A stretch of 63,909 nucleotides of DNA, counting the filler. It is 6 parts of 6 records of this genome, joined end to end, with 100 filler letters (N's around TTAATTAATTAA, not from the genome) between each part and the next. Parts side by side here need not be neighbours in the genome. Positions count along the whole stretch, not along the records: positions 58,902 to 63,909 come from SRR2962707_2431; 5 more parts are not named here. One strand, given 5' to 3'. This document shows, piece after piece, positions 59,961 to 63,909 of the stretch; positions within the stretch are counted from its first letter, which is position 1; each line of letters begins with the position of its first letter. The translations under genes were made by a program, and so were the position numbers. The notes below the pieces were generated by a model. The model was not told the origin of the DNA and ran no database searches. It saw nothing but the letters and a program-made list of their open reading frames with translations.

Positions 59961-62460
59961 CACGCAGTCGGCTCTTTGATTTTGCCGGCGTGATTTCAAT
60001 CGTACGTGAGACGACCGTGCTGTCACCGGAATTCGTATCGAGAGCGACACATGTCAGGGTTATGTTGAACGGCTTTACACCCGCCGCTGAAATAACCGAC
60101 AGCGGGTCGCCTGTTTTCAATTCAACGGTCCAGACACCGCCACCGTGATTCCTTCCCTGCGACAAAACTGTCCCCGGCGGCATATCGCCAAGCGTCATGG
60201 ATATCGAGCCATATCCGTTCGGATCGAATACGGCGGCATCCACCGGCAGATTGATGGACTGCATGGCGGTTCCCGGAATCAAAGGAACCATTCGACGCCG
60301 GTTGAGTACGAGTGATTTCATGGGCGCGAAGGCGTTGCTGCCCTGATCGGCATTATCCCAGGCGAGATGCAGCGCTATAGATTTGCGTGTTGCCAGCGGC
60401 GGCAGGACCATCACGTTATCCAGTTCGCCGGCTTCAAGTTGCCAGCAGCCGTTGCCGAGATTCCGCCCCCGCGACAGCATTGATCCCGGCGGCATACCTT
60501 TTACACGAACGACAAAGTCTTTCGATATCGCCAGACTTGAAAGCAAGAGTGGCTGCGGTAGCCGTGTATTGTCGATGCCGCCCTTCGGGGCGATGGCAGG
60601 CAGCCATGGATCAAGGACCACTTCGGCACCGGTTGGCCCGTGTACGATCATGTCATGCCATTTGGTGACATCGATTCCGAGACGATCATAGATTTCACCG
60701 CTGTCATCGGATGGACGCGTGCGGATGAAGTCCCTGAGATTTCGGAGTTCGCTGATGAACGCCGGCTTTTGCAGATCCCGATACGTCGCATCGACGATCA
60801 GCACATCCCCCGTATCTTCTTGCACTGGTTCCGGAAGTTCCGAAGTGCCAGTGCCGGTTGCAGATACCGGATCAAATTCATCATCTTCGGCATCGGCAGC
60901 TTCGGTAAAATCTTCAACGGGTTCATCCGCCATTGTCGGCACGGATGCGGGATCAGGTTCCAGTATATCATCCGAAGCGGGAGCCCCATCATCAAGGACG
61001 TCTGGCTCTTCCATGTCCACGGTATCACTGCTTGGCGCCGCCAACTCGGAAGGCTGATGCGCCTGTTCCTGTTCCTGTTCAGGCAGTTCAGGCAATTCCG
61101 GTTTCAGTGCATGCCGGACATCGACAACGAGATCGCCCTGCCAGGCAAACCCCGTGACTTCCATTTTGCCGGTGGCTGAAATTGCGGGTGAACCGGCGCT
61201 GATAAACGCACCGTCTATCTCGATCCCCATCAGCCGGGGAGCGCTTTGCGCATCACCAAAGGAATCGTATCGCATGACGATCTCGAAAGGTAATGCATTG
61301 TCGATATACGGGACCGAGAGGTCGACAAGCGGTCTTTTTGTGGCGGACCAGTTGATCATGCTGTCCAGAACGGACGTCCCATCGGCAAAGACGCTGACCC
61401 GTGCCTTGTCCCCGCCGACGCCGGGGGCCAGGTGAATGGTATAGGTGTTTTCCGGGTCTGAAATCAGGGGTGGGGTCTCAACGCGAATGGTCGCGGACTG
61501 CGGTTGCAACCCGACGACGTTCATCTCGATATCCAGATCAAAATCCGGCGTTCCCGCAGGGAAGATGATGCTGAGGTCACTCAATGCAGTTGCCGGGACA
61601 GTCCAGACACCTTCGTTTTCCGTGCCGCTGCTCAATGACGCCCCTGCCGGCAACCCTGCAAACAAAAGAGTAATGTCCCTCAGCTTGGCTTCATCCTCAA
61701 TGCCGACGGAAACATCGAGATCGATCACGGTCATGGAATCGGCCATGTTTTCGGGTGCCGCTTCAGGCGTTGCACGAGGTGCAGGATCTGGCTCGGTCCG
61801 AGAGGTTATCTCTGGCCCAGGCTCAGGCTCAGGCTCTGATTCGGTCTCGGGCGTGTCGGCAAAGGCAGGCTCGTTGTTTGACGGCGCAAGGGGTGTGACT
61901 TCGGATGATTCGCGATCCGGGGCGTTACCTGTCCCCCTATCCGATTCTGTCACGCCGTCTTCCGCTTCAGTATCCGTTTGCGCTGCTGCTTCCGGCACGG
62001 TGTCTGATGCGTCGAATTCGGTGCCGTCTGTGAATTCGTACCCCGTTAGTTCGCTCCATGGGGAATCAGGGTCATCTCCGACGAAAACCCCTTTCAGCAT
62101 CACCGAGAACGGCAATTCTTCGTTTTCGGGAACGATCGCTGCAACGCCGTATAACTGATCCGGCAAAAGCAGCCAGAAACCTTCATCGGTCCTGCGCCCC
62201 TGGCTCATCACGACATCGCCTGGAAGTCCTCTGATTTCAAGGCGTTGCAAGGTTCCGGCTTTGGCTATGACCACTTCTTCCGGGAATTCTGCGATCACTT
62301 CGCGGGCGGCGGGCGCCGGCTTGAAAAAACCGGCCGCGGGGATAGCTTCGGCGCCGGCTTTGGAAGCACGCGGCTTACCAACCGTCTGTGCCAGCCATTC
62401 CGTCACACCGGCACCGGGAAGCGGGCCCTTAAGCTCAGAATCTTTGTCGTCGTTCGGCAT
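59944..62460 (-). CDS. Large acidic protein with four adhesin-type Ig-like repeats
   Basis: Four copies of (G/D)(L/M)P.....S.G....G.W separated by Glu/Asp/Pro-rich linkers; AGAGGGA RBS; overlaps the sensor start. Confidence 0.8.
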   Translation of the reverse strand: MPNDDKDSELKGPLPGAGVTEWLAQTVGKPRASKAGAEAIPAAGFFKPAPAAREVIAEFPEEVVIAKAGTLQRLEIRGLPGDVVMSQGRRTDEGFWLLLPDQLYGVAAIVPENEELPFSVMLKGVFVGDDPDSPWSELTGYEFTDGTEFDASDTVPEAAAQTDTEAEDGVTESDRGTGNAPDRESSEVTPLAPSNNEPAFADTPETESEPEPEPGPEITSRTEPDPAPRATPEAAPENMADSMTVIDLDVSVGIEDEAKLRDITLLFAGLPAGASLSSGTENEGVWTVPATALSDLSIIFPAGTPDFDLDIEMNVVGLQPQSATIRVETPPLISDPENTYTIHLAPGVGGDKARVSVFADGTSVLDSMINWSATKRPLVDLSVPYIDNALPFEIVMRYDSFGDAQSAPRLMGIEIDGAFISAGSPAISATGKMEVTGFAWQGDLVVDVRHALKPELPELPEQEQEQAHQPSELAAPSSDTVDMEEPDVLDDGAPASDDILEPDPASVPTMADEPVEDFTEAADAEDDEFDPVSATGTGTSELPEPVQEDTGDVLIVDATYRDLQKPAFISELRNLRDFIRTRPSDDSGEIYDRLGIDVTKWHDMIVHGPTGAEVVLDPWLPAIAPKGGIDNTRLPQPLLLSSLAISKDFVVRVKGMPPGSMLSRGRNLGNGCWQLEAGELDNVMVLPPLATRKSIALHLAWDNADQGSNAFAPMKSLVLNRRRMVPLIPGTAMQSINLPVDAAVFDPNGYGSISMTLGDMPPGTVLSQGRNHGGGVWTVELKTGDPLSVISAAGVKPFNITLTCVALDTNSGDSTVVSRTIEITPAKSKSRLRDDVAA

Positions 62461-62613
62461 CTGTCCCTCTTACCCTGCAACCGTGCGAATTTTGAAAAAT
62501 CCTTCTATGAGTTGCGGGTTGCCCTTCATGTCGCGTAGTGTAACCGGGTCTTGGCAAACGTGCGATAGTTCCGTTTCCTAACATGAATTCAGATATTAGA
62601 CGTATACCCTAGA

Positions 62614-63345
62614 ATGGCAGAATCCGCGCATATTCTCGTTGTCGAAGACGATGCTTTTGTCCAGAAGGCGCTCCGCCTCTATCTGGAAGGCGAAGGTTAT
62701 CGAATCAGCACCTGTGACAACGGTGCCGACATGCATGCCCTGATGGCCAAAGATCCGGCCGATCTGGCAATCATGGATCTGAAACTGCCGGACGATGACG
62801 GCTTCGATCTGACCAAGCAACTCCGTGAAAAATATGCCGTCGGCATCATTATCCTGACCAGCAAGGACGACGCGATTGACCGTGTCGTCGGCCTGGAGAT
62901 CGGCGCCGATGACTATGTCACCAAGCCCTGGGACGAACGTGAACTCCTGGCACGGATCAGGAGTGTCATGCGCCGTGTTACCGAGCGCCGCAGCGCCGGT
63001 TCCAAGGGTATCGATGCGGAACAGCGTCAGGTATCGTTCAACGGCTGGATTTTGAACCTGGACAGCCGTGAATTGAAGAATCCCGAAGGCAGCAAAATCG
63101 AGCTGACATCCGGCGAATTCAGCCTGCTCAACGAATTTATCGAAAAGGCCGGCCGGGTCCTGTCGCGCGATCACCTGCTGAGCGCCATTTACAGCCGCGA
63201 CTGGGAACCATTCGACCGCTCGATAGATGTTCTTGTGACGCGCCTTCGCCGGAAAATCGAAGCGGATTCCCGTCACCCCGAAATCATCAAGACCGTACGC
63301 GGCACCGGCTACATGTTTGCCGCAGCCATCAAACGGGCGGATTGA
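62614..63345 (+). CDS. OmpR/PhoB family response regulator (TorR/ArcA-like)
   Basis: HILVVEDD, MDLKLP, GLEIGADDYVTKP, FDRSIDVLV.RLRRKIE, IKTVRG.GY. Confidence 0.95.
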   Translation: MAESAHILVVEDDAFVQKALRLYLEGEGYRISTCDNGADMHALMAKDPADLAIMDLKLPDDDGFDLTKQLREKYAVGIIILTSKDDAIDRVVGLEIGADDYVTKPWDERELLARIRSVMRRVTERRSAGSKGIDAEQRQVSFNGWILNLDSRELKNPEGSKIELTSGEFSLLNEFIEKAGRVLSRDHLLSAIYSRDWEPFDRSIDVLVTRLRRKIEADSRHPEIIKTVRGTGYMFAAAIKRAD

Positions 63346-63414
63346 CCGGCCCAATTCCCGGATTATATGGGGACTGTAGCGATAACTTCCCCAGTTGAAT
63401 GAAAGCCAATCACA

Positions 63415-63720
63415 ATGAGTGACGAAGACGACCGCCACACCCTAAGTATCCAGATCGCCAACCAGATCATCAACATGGCGAACAACCGGTTGCAGGACGG
63501 CATGGAGCCTATCGATATTGCCGCCGGCATGCGCCATGCGGCGGCCAATTTCTCGGCCTTTGCCGTGGCCAATTCGGATACCCCGGATGAGGTCGATCCT
63601 AAGTTCTTTGCCGAGGAATTCGTACAGATTTACGCCTATTACCTGGAAAAACACACGACCCCGGTACAAACCCAATCCGGGCTGGAAGCGCTGATCAATC
63701 AGGTAAAAGACGAAAACTGA
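63415..63720 (+). CDS. DUF3144-like small protein
   Basis: IANQIINMAN...IAAGMRHAAANFSAF pattern. Confidence 0.55.
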   Translation: MSDEDDRHTLSIQIANQIINMANNRLQDGMEPIDIAAGMRHAAANFSAFAVANSDTPDEVDPKFFAEEFVQIYAYYLEKHTTPVQTQSGLEALINQVKDEN

Positions 63721-63850
63721 CGGCGTTCATTCAGTGCCCGGTTAAGTCTCCATGGCAGGGACTGCATTTTTTATGATTTTTTATCGTCTCTGCCACTTTT
63801 CTCGCTTGATTTCCCGGCCCTGAATGGGTACCACCACCCTCGCTGACCGT

Positions 63851-63909
63851 GTCCCCTTCGTCTAGCGGTCTAGGACGCTGCCCTTTCACGGCGGAAACAC
63901 GGGTTCGAG
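63851..63909 (+). tRNA. tRNA-Glu (TTC), truncated by window end
   Basis: GTCCCCTTCGTCTAGCGG-TCTAGGAC D-arm, anticodon arm CTGCC-CTTTCAC-GGCGG, T-loop GGTTCGA; TTGATT-17 nt-TACCAC upstream. Confidence 0.93.

Noticed and set aside
62520..62592. TTCATGT half-sites as possible tor boxes before the response regulator
   Set aside because: Only 7-nt matches in inverted orientation, whereas OmpR-family sites are direct repeats
63851..63909. tRNA-Glu as an island attachment site
   Set aside because: 3' end is outside the window; no integrase or duplicated tRNA fragment seen

Overview
The window is a concatenation of six unrelated contigs joined by five identical 100-nt artificial linkers (N44-TTAATTAATTAA-N44), so nothing should be inferred across a linker. 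Taxonomic labels below are inferred from gene order and protein style. (1) 1-14581, Marinobacter-like: ubiE-ubiJ-ubiB-hisI-hisE-tatABC-rsmE, DUF808, ygfB-pepP-ubiH-ubiI, a Zur-boxed, rearranged zrg-type zinc cluster and TIGR02449. (2) 14682-22090, Bacteroidota: DUF3667-like protein, kelch protein, an FGE-sulfatase-domain/ECF sigma/membrane protein operon, a class III nucleotide cyclase, a universal stress protein and the end of ffh. (3) 22191-39011, Alcanivorax-like: a very acidic repetitive lipoprotein, GST, mscS, peroxiredoxin, a VIT/vWA GlyGly-CTERM protein, yajQ, higBA, a trmY homologue, polA, an esterase, thrB, a probably inactive GH5-like protein, znuA and REP elements. (4) 39112-51195: tuf and the S10-spc-alpha ribosomal protein cluster. 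(5) 51296-58801, Thalassospira-like: two AraC regulators, a DMT exporter, panE, a carbon-nitrogen hydrolase and the end of a PotD/F-like gene. (6) 58902-63909, Rhodospirillales-like: a HAMP-PAS sensor, a large acidic protein built from adhesin-type domains, an OmpR-family regulator, DUF3144 and a partial tRNA-Glu. No CRISPR array, prophage or transposase was seen. The best candidates for undescribed biology are the adhesin-domain protein coupled to a two-component system (59944-62460), the amphipathic-repeat lipoprotein (22354-24252) and the TMEM260-like/FGE fusion with its ECF module (16568-19609). All family assignments come from motif recognition by eye; no database search was run.
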